Shown: piece by piece, positions 1 to 7,258 of the stretch
How positions within the stretch are numbered: position 1 is the stretch's first letter
Layout of the letters: each line of letters starts with the position of its first letter
Assembly: GCA_041651355.1 (NCBI GenBank)
Contig: JBAZJK010000001.1
Location: 485,883 to 549,882, forward strand
Direction of reading: 5' to 3'
Length of the DNA stretch: 64,000 nt
Source: Patescibacteria group bacterium
Lineage (GTDB): Bacteria > Patescibacteriota > Patescibacteriia > Patescibacteriales > UBA12465
The notes under the pieces: model-generated
Seen by the model: only the letters and a program-made list of their open reading frames with translations
The model's database searches: none
Told to the model about the DNA's origin: nothing
Program-made: the position numbers and the translations under genes

Positions 1-625
1 CCAGGCCACCCGAGCGCACGAACACGAAGGCCACGACTAAGTTCTCGCCAGGATTATTTTCATCCACAGACTGATTTTCATCCTTCTTGATCAGGAAGAA
101 AGTGGCGTTTCCACCCTGGTGAAGCCAGTTGGTGCGGCTTTCGCAGAATTCAATCAGCTGGCTCTGAGAGAGCCATTTCTGTTCCCAGGTACCGGGCAGG
201 GATTTAAAGATGTCCAGAAGAACGGCACTTTGGACCATCTCATGGACTTGAACCAGGGTGGCCGGAGTGGCCACGCCTTTTTTAGTCAGGCCCCAATTTC
301 TAAAGTCAGAATCCAGGAAAGACTTAAAGACTTTTCCAGCCTGGTAAATGAGATCCCGGCCTTTCAGGGCTTTAATCTTGATGACTTCTCCGCTGGAAAT
401 CAGACGGAGGATGGGGGGTGGCGTGGTTTCGTCTATTGCTCCTGAAGCGGTGGCTGGCTTGGCTTCAACGGCCTTCTCGATTTTCCTTTTCAGGAAATCA
501 TTAAGCTCTTCTTCTGTAGAATTGACTAACTTCTTAAGAGCGCTACCGAACATGGAACCTTCTTTTCTGACCCTCTCGATGGCTGCACCGATGAGTCCGA
601 GACCAGTGTTGTCTAACTTTTCCAT
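1..625 (-). CDS. hypothetical protein, C-terminus cut by window edge (paralog of 768..1427)
   Basis: Absent from the ORF track because it runs off the left edge. My reverse-strand translation from ATG 625..623 is open for 208 codons (MEKLDNTGLGLIGAAIERVRKEG...WLSQSQLIEFCESRTNWLHQGGNATFFLIKKDEN...VVAFVFVRSGGL). It aligns with LTQAQIKAFCRKHANWLRQEGYGTFFLFKKGKDYFVACVRV of the next ORF. Plus-strand ORFs 119..445 and 348..635 are antisense shadows. Confidence 0.55.
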   Translation of the reverse strand, partial: MEKLDNTGLGLIGAAIERVRKEGSMFGSALKKLVNSTEEELNDFLKRKIEKAVEAKPATASGAIDETTPPPILRLISSGEVIKIKALKGRDLIYQAGKVFKSFLDSDFRNWGLTKKGVATPATLVQVHEMVQSAVLLDIFKSLPGTWEQKWLSQSQLIEFCESRTNWLHQGGNATFFLIKKDENQSVDENNPGENLVVAFVFVRSGGL

Positions 626-767
626 TTTTCACTAGTATTTATTATGAACATTATTCCCGTTCCGTTTCCCAACGGATTAGGGCGGTAATCTTAAATTTCA
701 GAACAATGCCCCTCAGAGTCCAAGGAATCCGAGGGACAAAGGGTCAGCCGCCAAGCGGCTCAAGGTT

Positions 768-1427
768 TTAAGAAACTGAGGGCATAAGTTGCGGAACGAC
801 CACGCGATGACGACAGTCGGCACCCCAGACGAAGTCACCCCCAAGCCGGAAGACGCCGACGACAAGACCAACAGGGAACACGCGCACGCAGGCCACAAAA
901 TAATCTTTACCTTTCTTAAAAAGGAAGAAAGTCCCATAACCTTCCTGGCGCAGCCAGTTGGCATGTTTTCGGCAAAAAGCCTTGATTTGGGCCTGGGTTA
1001 AACAGAGCTTATCCAAGTCGCCCCCCAGAGAACCAAACATCTGGCTAAAAGTGGCGTCTTTAGCCATCTCGTAGACCTGGACGGCCGTTCCTGTGGTGGC
1101 CTGACCGGCTTCTTTGAGATTCCAATTTTCGAAATCATTATCGATTCCCGAGGGGAAAAGATCGGAAGAGCCGTAGATTATTTCCGAGCCGTCGCAGGCA
1201 TCAATGATAATTGTTTCACCTTTAGAGATGAGACAAAGAATACCCAATTCGGTTCCGGATGTTCTTTGGTGGTGGAATTTCCCCTCCACAATATCCTGGA
1301 GAGCTAAAGAAACTAACTCCGGGTCAAACGGACTACCGCCCTTAAGACGGATTTGGCGTTTAATTTCAAGCATCTGTCCGTCGATGCTGATGTACTGGTC
1401 GCCGGTGACAGAAAATTTTGCTGCCAT
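768..1427 (-). CDS. hypothetical protein (tandem paralog of 1..625)
   Basis: 219-aa ORF. It shares blocks with the upstream partial ORF: ILCLISKGET/ILRLISSGEV, DNDFENWNL/DSDFRNWGL, VQVYEM/VQVHEM, and ANWLRQEGYGTFFLFKKG/TNWLHQGGNATFFLIKKD. I recognise no catalytic motif. Confidence 0.55.
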   Translation of the reverse strand: MAAKFSVTGDQYISIDGQMLEIKRQIRLKGGSPFDPELVSLALQDIVEGKFHHQRTSGTELGILCLISKGETIIIDACDGSEIIYGSSDLFPSGIDNDFENWNLKEAGQATTGTAVQVYEMAKDATFSQMFGSLGGDLDKLCLTQAQIKAFCRKHANWLRQEGYGTFFLFKKGKDYFVACVRVFPVGLVVGVFRLGGDFVWGADCRHRVVVPQLMPSVS

Positions 1428-1553
1428 GACAAATAATTTTAAAAGAACCGCAATTAACCCCGCGGATTTGGGGTTATGCTCGATTATTAAGCATTTAAGT
1501 AAAATATCATAATGTTAACCATAAGTCAATACTAAAAGAGCTTCTCTACCTAT

Positions 1554-1577
1554 AAAAAAACCAGCTAACATTAGCTG
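1554..1577 (-). terminator. rho-independent terminator candidate after the M50 protease gene
   Basis: Stem CAGCTA (1562-1567) / TAGCTG (1572-1577) with loop ACAT. On the minus strand it is followed by a T7 run (A-run 1554-1560 on plus). Confidence 0.5.
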
Positions 1578-1606
1578 ATTTATAGAAAAATAAAGCTGAT
1601 TCCCTT

Positions 1607-2212
1607 CTAAAAACTATAACCGGCTATCAGCTTAAACAGAAAATTGACTAGAGGCATTATGAGGTTAAAGCCTAACATTACGAAAAGAATCACAAAAATA
1701 AAGCCATATTTCTCTAAGCTGAGATACTTCTCTTCCCATTTAGGGGAAAGGAAGGCGGCTAAGATCTTTGAACCGTCAAGAGGCGGGATCGGCACCAAAT
1801 TAAAGATCGCTAAAACCAAATTTATATAAATTATAGCCGCGATTAAGCCATTGAAAGTCAAGCTATAAAAAGGCATCAGCCTAAAAACCAAGGCAAAAAA
1901 AACAGCCACAATCAGGTTGCCTAAAGCCCCGGCCCCGGCCACCTTAGCCTCTCCCCACTTCCTATCCCTTAAATTATGGGGATTATAAGGCACCGGCTTG
2001 GCCCAACCAAAAACGAAGGGCATATGGGAAATAATCATGACTAAAGGCAACAGAAAAGAACCGAACCAATCCAAATGCTTCAAAGGATTAAGGGTGAGGC
2101 GTCCCAAATTCTTAGCTGTCGGGTCACCTAAACGGTCGGCCATCCAGCCATGCATATACTCATGGATAACGGCAGAAAATATTAAAACTATCACTTGAAA
2201 TACGTAAATCAT
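1607..2212 (-). CDS. site-2 protease family (peptidase M50) membrane zinc metalloprotease
   Basis: HExxH in a TM helix (VIHEYMHGWMADRLGD), then GRLTLNPLKHLD and a polytopic hydrophobic profile typical of short M50 proteins. Confidence 0.85.
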   Translation of the reverse strand: MIYVFQVIVLIFSAVIHEYMHGWMADRLGDPTAKNLGRLTLNPLKHLDWFGSFLLPLVMIISHMPFVFGWAKPVPYNPHNLRDRKWGEAKVAGAGALGNLIVAVFFALVFRLMPFYSLTFNGLIAAIIYINLVLAIFNLVPIPPLDGSKILAAFLSPKWEEKYLSLEKYGFIFVILFVMLGFNLIMPLVNFLFKLIAGYSF

Positions 2213-2311
2213 ACCTAAAGCTTAGCATAGCTTGATTATTTTTCCAAATCCTGTTAGGATAATAAGGAAATAATTATTAAACACACAGGCCGCGGCCTGT
2301 TCTTTGAATTT

Positions 2312-2596
2312 ATGGCAAAAAAATGCGATATCTGCGGCCGCAGCGCAACTAGAGGCGCTAGCCGCTCCCACTCAAAAATCCGAACCCTTAAAAGGCAGAA
2401 TATCAATCTGCAGGTTAAGAATATCGACGGTCTAAAACTAAAGGTCTGCACCAGCTGTTTGCGCACCCGAGCGAAAAAAGAGCGAGAGATCGCTGAAAAG
2501 ATCGCTAAGAACAAAGAGAAGATCAGCAAAGCTAAACTTGCTAAGCCCAAGAAAGTTGCTCCAAAAAAGACCAGGAAAGCTAAAAACAAAAAATAA
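2312..2596 (+). CDS. rpmB: 50S ribosomal protein bL28 with Lys-rich C-terminal extension
   Basis: MAKKCDICGRSATRGASRSHSKIRTLKRQNINLQ matches the bL28 N-terminal signature. The tail is AKNKEKISKAKLAKPKKVAPKKTRKAKNKK. Confidence 0.85.
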   Translation: MAKKCDICGRSATRGASRSHSKIRTLKRQNINLQVKNIDGLKLKVCTSCLRTRAKKEREIAEKIAKNKEKISKAKLAKPKKVAPKKTRKAKNKK

Positions 2597-2616
2597 AAAG
2601 CTATCAATACTTCAAT

Positions 2617-2646
2617 AAAAACGAGCTTGTTACCAGGCTCGTTTTT
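2617..2646. terminator. bidirectional rho-independent terminator (rpmB / comEC convergent)
   Basis: AAAA-ACGAGCTTG-ttac-CAGGCTCGT-TTTTT: a 9-bp stem with one G-U, an A-run upstream and a T-run downstream, so it can work on both strands. Confidence 0.7.
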
Positions 2647-2654
2647 ATTATCCC

Positions 2655-3857
2655 CTAATTAGAAAATTCCAGCACGGCCCAGGGAGCGGCCGCCATTATT
2701 TTGACACCTATCAAAACCAACTTTAAAAGCAGGTAGCTCGGATAAAAGAGGGCTAAGCTTAAGCTGGGAAAAATAAAGCTTAGGATAATAGCTAAAAGCA
2801 AAGTCCACAACAAAAAAGGAAAGATCCAAAGTATCAGTAGATTGCTAATGGGGGCGACAAGCGACAAGCGGCCGAAGTAATAGATTAAAATAGGCGCCGT
2901 CGCTAACTGGCAGGCTAAAGTTAGACACATAATATCGCCTAGTTTAGAACCAGATAAAATCTTGACCCGGCGCAGAGCCGGATATATATAGATTATGCCT
3001 AAAACAGCGGCTAAAGACAGCTGAAAACCAATATCAGCTTTAAGGAGACGCGGGTTAAAGACCATCATCACGCTGGTCGATATCAGCAAACCGTTAAGCA
3101 GATTGGAGATACGGCCGGCCTGATAGGCCCATAAGACTAAGACGCCCATGATAGCTGAACGGAAAGCTGGGGCCTGGAGACCGGTTAATAAAACATAGAA
3201 AGCTAAAAAAGCGCTAAGAGCATAAAAAGCGAAACGGCGCCTCAAACCCAAGAATAATAAGGAATTAAGCAATAATACGCTTAAAATAGTGATATGGGAA
3301 CCAGAAATAGCAATCATGTGGCTCAAGCCAGTGGCGGAAAACCTTTCCCGATTAACTGGATCCAAGCTGCGGCGATAACCCAAAACCAGGGCCTGAGCCA
3401 ATCCGCTTTCCGGTTCAGGCAAAGACTGTTTAATCTTTCGGGCTAGTGATGCCTTAAAGCTAAATAGCTGGCGCCAGAAGCTCTCTTGATGGCCGACCAA
3501 ATTTAGGCCTGGATAATAAGACAAAAGATAGATATCTTTAGCCTCCAAATAAAGGGCGTAATCGAAATCTGTAAAATTACGAGGCAGCTCTAGCTTGCCG
3601 GAAAGGGTTAGAAGGTCGCCATAATAAAATTCGGGATAGAGCGGGACGCTAGTTAAAATCTTTCCCTTATCCGAACACAAGACCAGCTGCTGCTTATCAA
3701 AACTAACTTCTGGTTCAGCACAAACCCTGACAGGCAGGCCGTTATACTTCCCTAGCCGGCTTGGGGCCAGGAATTTATCTGAGCGGCTATTAAGAAAAGA
3801 AAATAAGAAAAGGCTGCCGATAAAAATAAGATTTAGTTTCCTCAGCTTCTTAGACAT
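2655..3857 (-). CDS. comEC: ComEC/Rec2 family competence channel protein (short form: DUF4131 + competence domain only)
   Basis: The GLSHMIAISGSHITIL motif and a polytopic C-terminal half match the ComEC competence domain. The N-terminal part is OB-like. The track ORF starts at GTG 3878; I prefer ATG 3857 (MSKKLRKLNLIFIG...). Confidence 0.8.
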   Translation of the reverse strand: MSKKLRKLNLIFIGSLFLFSFLNSRSDKFLAPSRLGKYNGLPVRVCAEPEVSFDKQQLVLCSDKGKILTSVPLYPEFYYGDLLTLSGKLELPRNFTDFDYALYLEAKDIYLLSYYPGLNLVGHQESFWRQLFSFKASLARKIKQSLPEPESGLAQALVLGYRRSLDPVNRERFSATGLSHMIAISGSHITILSVLLLNSLLFLGLRRRFAFYALSAFLAFYVLLTGLQAPAFRSAIMGVLVLWAYQAGRISNLLNGLLISTSVMMVFNPRLLKADIGFQLSLAAVLGIIYIYPALRRVKILSGSKLGDIMCLTLACQLATAPILIYYFGRLSLVAPISNLLILWIFPFLLWTLLLAIILSFIFPSLSLALFYPSYLLLKLVLIGVKIMAAAPWAVLEFSN

Positions 3858-3922
3858 AAAAAAATACTGGTTAGCCACCAGTATCCTAGCATTCTGCTCC
3901 TAAATTGCTTCTAAAATTATTA

Positions 3923-5029
3923 TCAAGCCTTTTTCTCGGCCAGCTGCCATTTAAGATAAGCCTCGATAAAAGGTAATAAATTCCCGTCTAAAACCGCCTC
4001 AACGTCGCTGGTTTCATAGTTAGTCCGATGATCTTTGACTAAGCGGTTGCCATAAAGGAAATAGGAACGGATTTGCTTGCCCCATTCCGCCTTTTGCACT
4101 TCACCCTTTAATTCCCTTTCGGTGTTAGCTTTTTCTTCCAGAGCTAAATTATATAATTTAGCTTTTAAAATCTTCAAGGCGATTTCCCGATTCTGATGCT
4201 GAGAACGCTCAGTCTGGCAAGTTACAACGATCTTAGTCGGTAAATGGGTCAGACGGACAGCTGAATCGGTCGTATTAACGCTCTGGCCGCCGGGACCGCT
4301 AGAACGGAACACATCCCAACTTAAATCATCCTCTTTGATGACGAAACTGTCAGCCTCAGGCAAATCCGGCATGACTTCTACCAAAGCAAAAGAAGTCTGG
4401 CGCAGATTTTCCCCATCAAACGGGGAGACCCTGAGCAAGCGATGGACGCCATTTTCACTTTTCAGGTGGCCATAGGCATAAGGTCCGCTTATCTTCAGAA
4501 TCACGCTTTTAAGGCCAGCTTCATTGCCATAATTCCTATCCAAAATCTCGACCATCCATGACTTTTTCTCGGCTAAACGCAAATACATCCTTTCCAGCAT
4601 CTGGGCCCAATCCTGGGCATCGACGCCGCCGGTGCCAGCGTGGACCGACAAGATGGCGTTATCCCTATCATGTTTATCAGCCAAGAGGGTCAAGAACTCT
4701 AAATTATTAAAACGCTCCAAGAGCCTATTATATTTCTCTTCTAGATCAGGGGCTAGGGCCTCTTCACCTTCTTTGGCCGCTAAGGCTAAGAATTCTTCGC
4801 TCTCCCGTAAATCCTTCTCTAAATCCTGCCAAAGTTTGATTTCATTCATCAGGCTCTCGGCTGCCTGGCTGATTTTGACCGCACTGGCCTGGTCTTGCCA
4901 AAAATCCGGATCAGCCATCAGTCTCTGCTGGTCATGGAGCTGTACCAGCTTGGCATCGATACCCAAAATCTGCTTCATTTTCAGACAGCGTTCCCTCAAT
5001 TCTTCAGTTTTTTTCAAAAGGTTTTCCAT
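3923..5029 (-). CDS. prfB: peptide chain release factor 2
   Basis: SPF tripeptide (RVSPFD) and GGQ motif (SGPGGQSVNTTDSAVRLTHLPT). The frame is uninterrupted through the N-terminus, so there is no +1 frameshift site. Confidence 0.9.
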   Translation of the reverse strand: MENLLKKTEELRERCLKMKQILGIDAKLVQLHDQQRLMADPDFWQDQASAVKISQAAESLMNEIKLWQDLEKDLRESEEFLALAAKEGEEALAPDLEEKYNRLLERFNNLEFLTLLADKHDRDNAILSVHAGTGGVDAQDWAQMLERMYLRLAEKKSWMVEILDRNYGNEAGLKSVILKISGPYAYGHLKSENGVHRLLRVSPFDGENLRQTSFALVEVMPDLPEADSFVIKEDDLSWDVFRSSGPGGQSVNTTDSAVRLTHLPTKIVVTCQTERSQHQNREIALKILKAKLYNLALEEKANTERELKGEVQKAEWGKQIRSYFLYGNRLVKDHRTNYETSDVEAVLDGNLLPFIEAYLKWQLAEKKA

Positions 5030-5035
5030 AATTTT

Positions 5036-5064
5036 ATTATAACAAAAAAACCGGCGATTGCCAG
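5036..5064 (-). promoter_or_regulatory. sigma70-like promoter abutting the prfB start codon (possible leaderless mRNA)
   Basis: Minus strand: CTGGCA (5064-5059), 17 nt, TGT-TATAAT (TATAAT 5041-5036), then AAAATT, then ATG at 5029. The A of ATG lies 7 nt after the -10 hexamer. Confidence 0.4.
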
Positions 5065-5065
5065 G
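5044..5065 (-). terminator. terminator candidate after hypothetical gene 5141..5779
   Basis: Minus strand: CCTGGC-AATC-GCCGG (one bulge) followed by T7. Confidence 0.45.
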
Positions 5066-5140
5066 CTTCTAAAAAGACCCCGGACCAAATAGCTCAAAAC
5101 TATTCTTTCCGGGGTGCGATTATAAATGATTCACAAAGAC

Positions 5141-5779
5141 CTAAGCGCGTTTACCTAAAGCAGCGGGACTACTATAAGCTATTGTGCCAGTAATCCATTC
5201 AAAGGAAGCAGTCCAACCAGCTAAACCATAACTAAGGTAGCGAACACATAAGCCGTTACCTTCACTGCGATAAATTGTCCCCCAAAAAAGCACCCTTCCC
5301 ATCTTCCAAGATTCCGGAATAAGCTCTCTGTGCTCTAAAAGATAATCAAGAACATTAGCGTTTAGGACAATCTTTCTTTTAATTTTTCCGATGATTTCCC
5401 TGAGCTCATCGCCGTCTTCGGAAAGATTTTTCTCTTGCTTCTTTGAATAAAACAGCTCAAGCAAACTTGGGTCCCAAGCCCACAAACCATGACCGATATG
5501 AGACCTCACCGACCAGCCATCTATAGGTATAAGCGGTGCAGCGTCAGTGTCGATCAGATGCTTAGGATGCTCAATTTTGCTTGGATCATTAACAAATGAA
5601 AGACATCTTGCCGATTTGTCTTCGATAATCACATACTGCAACACGTTCAGCACTTCAGAGAAGTCAAGAACGCCTTTATGAAGCCTTTTTTCAATTTCCC
5701 TGAATTTACGGTTCAGTTTCCCGAGTTGCTCGTCGGTTAATTTCCCACTGTCGACAACAGATTTTTTTCCGTTTTTCAT
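5141..5779 (-). CDS. hypothetical protein
   Basis: 212-aa ORF with its own promoter-like element and terminator. No recognisable motif. The C-terminus is aromatic-rich (VLFWGTIYRSEGNGLCVRYLSYGLAGWTASFEWI). Confidence 0.5.
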   Translation of the reverse strand: MKNGKKSVVDSGKLTDEQLGKLNRKFREIEKRLHKGVLDFSEVLNVLQYVIIEDKSARCLSFVNDPSKIEHPKHLIDTDAAPLIPIDGWSVRSHIGHGLWAWDPSLLELFYSKKQEKNLSEDGDELREIIGKIKRKIVLNANVLDYLLEHRELIPESWKMGRVLFWGTIYRSEGNGLCVRYLSYGLAGWTASFEWITGTIAYSSPAALGKRA

Positions 5780-5822
5780 TTTTGACAGTTTTTGGTTTTT
5801 AGCCGTACTCGAATCTTTGTTG

Positions 5823-5878
5823 ATTCTGCTACAGCCCCTAAAAATCTAAGGATAGATCGCTAGGGGCTAAAGCAGAAT
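5823..5878 (-). other. long imperfect hairpin in the predicted 5' UTR of gene 5141..5779
   Basis: ATTCTGCT(5823-5830)/AGCAGAAT(5871-5878), AGCCCCTA(5833-5840)/TAGGGGCT(5861-5868) and ATCTA(5844-5848)/TAGAT(5853-5857): about 21 bp of nested pairing. Confidence 0.5.
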
Positions 5879-5906
5879 ATTTATAAAGGACTGATTCTAA
5901 AGACTA

Positions 5907-5935
5907 ATCTTAGTATGCTAATAGTATTTTGTCAA
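5907..5935 (-). promoter_or_regulatory. sigma70-like promoter candidate for gene 5141..5779
   Basis: Minus strand: TTGACA (5935-5930), 17 nt, TAAGAT (5912-5907). Confidence 0.4.
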
Positions 5936-5959
5936 AAAACACCCCTATTAAGGGGTGTT
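5934..5959 (-). terminator. rho-independent terminator of the ribosomal protein/rpoA operon
   Basis: Minus strand: AACACCCCT-TAAT-AGGGGTGTT, a 9-bp GC-rich stem followed by T6, 25 nt after the rpsI stop. Confidence 0.75.
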
Positions 5960-5983
5960 TCATAAAATATTCCAAAATCAAGA

Positions 5984-6505
5984 TTAACGTTTGCTCCATT
6001 GCGGGCGCTTGCGAGCTTTTCTAAGACCAGGTTTCTTTCTTTCCACTTTACGCGGATCACGGGTTAAGAAACCATTGGCTTTCAAAGCTTCTTTAGACGC
6101 TGGATCAAAAAGCAGAATAGCTCGGGAAAGGCCGTGTCTAACCGCTTCCATTTGGCCGCTCTTGCCGCCGCCTTTAACAATGATGGAAAAGTTGAAATCA
6201 CGGGCATGGCCGGTTACTTTTAAAGGTTGGCTAACGGCGGACAAGGATTCAGGAGAAAAATACTGGCTCAGCTTCTGACCGTTGACCACAATAGCGCCTT
6301 TACCATCTTCGTATAAGCGAATCTGGGCAACCGCGGTCTTACGGCGGCCGACTGCCTTGATGTATTTGCCTTTAAACTCAATATTTTCATTCTTATCAAA
6401 ATCATGATCGTCGATTTCTTCATCGATAGCGGTTAAAGCTACCTCCAATTCTTCATCTGGCTTGATAATTTTTTTAGACTGAGCCGTCTTTTGTTTTCTT
6501 TCCAT
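5984..6505 (-). CDS. rpsI: 30S ribosomal protein uS9 with ~43-aa acidic N-terminal extension
   Basis: GRRKTAVAQIRLYEDGKGAIVVNG core and the canonical C-terminal RKRPQWSKR. Confidence 0.9.
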   Translation of the reverse strand: MERKQKTAQSKKIIKPDEELEVALTAIDEEIDDHDFDKNENIEFKGKYIKAVGRRKTAVAQIRLYEDGKGAIVVNGQKLSQYFSPESLSAVSQPLKVTGHARDFNFSIIVKGGGKSGQMEAVRHGLSRAILLFDPASKEALKANGFLTRDPRKVERKKPGLRKARKRPQWSKR

Positions 6506-6510
6506 ATTGA

Positions 6511-6867
6511 TTATCTAATAATTAAACGCTTCATCATATTCGGGCGTAAACGGGTGGCGGGTAACATTTCTCTAACTGCCCGACGTAAAACTTCACCCGG
6601 ATCCTTAGCGACTATTTCGGACATCTTTTTCGTCTTTAAACCGCCGATATAACCGGAAAAATGGTAATACTGCTTCTGATTTAATTTCTTGCCGGTGAAC
6701 TTGGCAAACTTGATATTCGCTACTTCGACGATATCGCCTAAATCTAGATGAGCCTGGTATTCCGGCTTATTCTTTCCCCGCAAAATCGTAGCGATTTTGG
6801 TGGCTAAACGGCCGATCGTCTGATCAGCGGCGTCCAATTTATGTAATTTTCTCTCGATATTTTTCAT
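6511..6867 (-). CDS. rplM: 50S ribosomal protein uL13 (short)
   Basis: TIGRLATKIATILRGKNKPEYQAHLDLGDIVEV and YYHFSGYIGGLK match uL13. Confidence 0.9.
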   Translation of the reverse strand: MKNIERKLHKLDAADQTIGRLATKIATILRGKNKPEYQAHLDLGDIVEVANIKFAKFTGKKLNQKQYYHFSGYIGGLKTKKMSEIVAKDPGEVLRRAVREMLPATRLRPNMMKRLIIR

Positions 6868-6877
6868 AGATATAAAA

Positions 6878-7228
6878 TTAGACTAATTCGATCTGCACCA
6901 TTTCTGCGCCATCGCCTTTCCTGGGCTCCAGCTTGACGATCCGCGTATAACCCCCGGCTCTAGTCTTATAGCGTTCGCCCAACACTTCCATAGACTTCTT
7001 GATGGCGTTTTTTTGTAATAAAACCTGAATCAAGCCCCGACGAGCATTCAAGTCGCCCTTTTTAGCCAGACCGATCATCCTTTCTACTAAAGGACGGACG
7101 GCTTGGGCCTTAGCCTTGGTAGTTTTCACTTTTTCGTAGATCAAGATACTAGAAGCCAGGTTACGCAACATCAATTCGCGCGGCTCTTTCTTACGATCTA
7201 AAATTTTGTTCTTATTACGGTGTCTCAT
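6878..7228 (-). CDS. rplQ: 50S ribosomal protein bL17
   Basis: MRHRNKNKILDRKKEPRELMLRNLASSILIYEKVKTTKAKA, located directly after rpoA. Confidence 0.9.
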   Translation of the reverse strand: MRHRNKNKILDRKKEPRELMLRNLASSILIYEKVKTTKAKAQAVRPLVERMIGLAKKGDLNARRGLIQVLLQKNAIKKSMEVLGERYKTRAGGYTRIVKLEPRKGDGAEMVQIELV

Positions 7229-7258
7229 ATGGATATAAAAGCTTGGGGGCTATAAAAA

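Noticed and set aside
119-635. Plus-strand track ORFs 119..445 and 348..635
   Set aside because: They lie antisense to an open minus-strand frame (1..625) that is clearly homologous to the neighbouring gene 768..1427. Their products are low-complexity with no motifs.
626-767. Possible tRNA-like or small RNA gene in the GC-rich spacer between the tandem paralogs
   Set aside because: It contains hairpins and a GGAATCC segment. I could not fold a cloverleaf, because there is no acceptor/T-arm complementarity. It is kept only as a structured spacer.
3923-5029. Programmed +1 frameshift in prfB, or UGA recoding of the genome
   Set aside because: The RF2 frame is continuous from its N-terminus. 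Long ORFs throughout close properly with the standard code, and RF2 itself is present.
4632-5042. 136-aa plus-strand ORF inside prfB
   Set aside because: It is an antisense shadow with a Ser/Leu/Lys-rich, low-complexity product.
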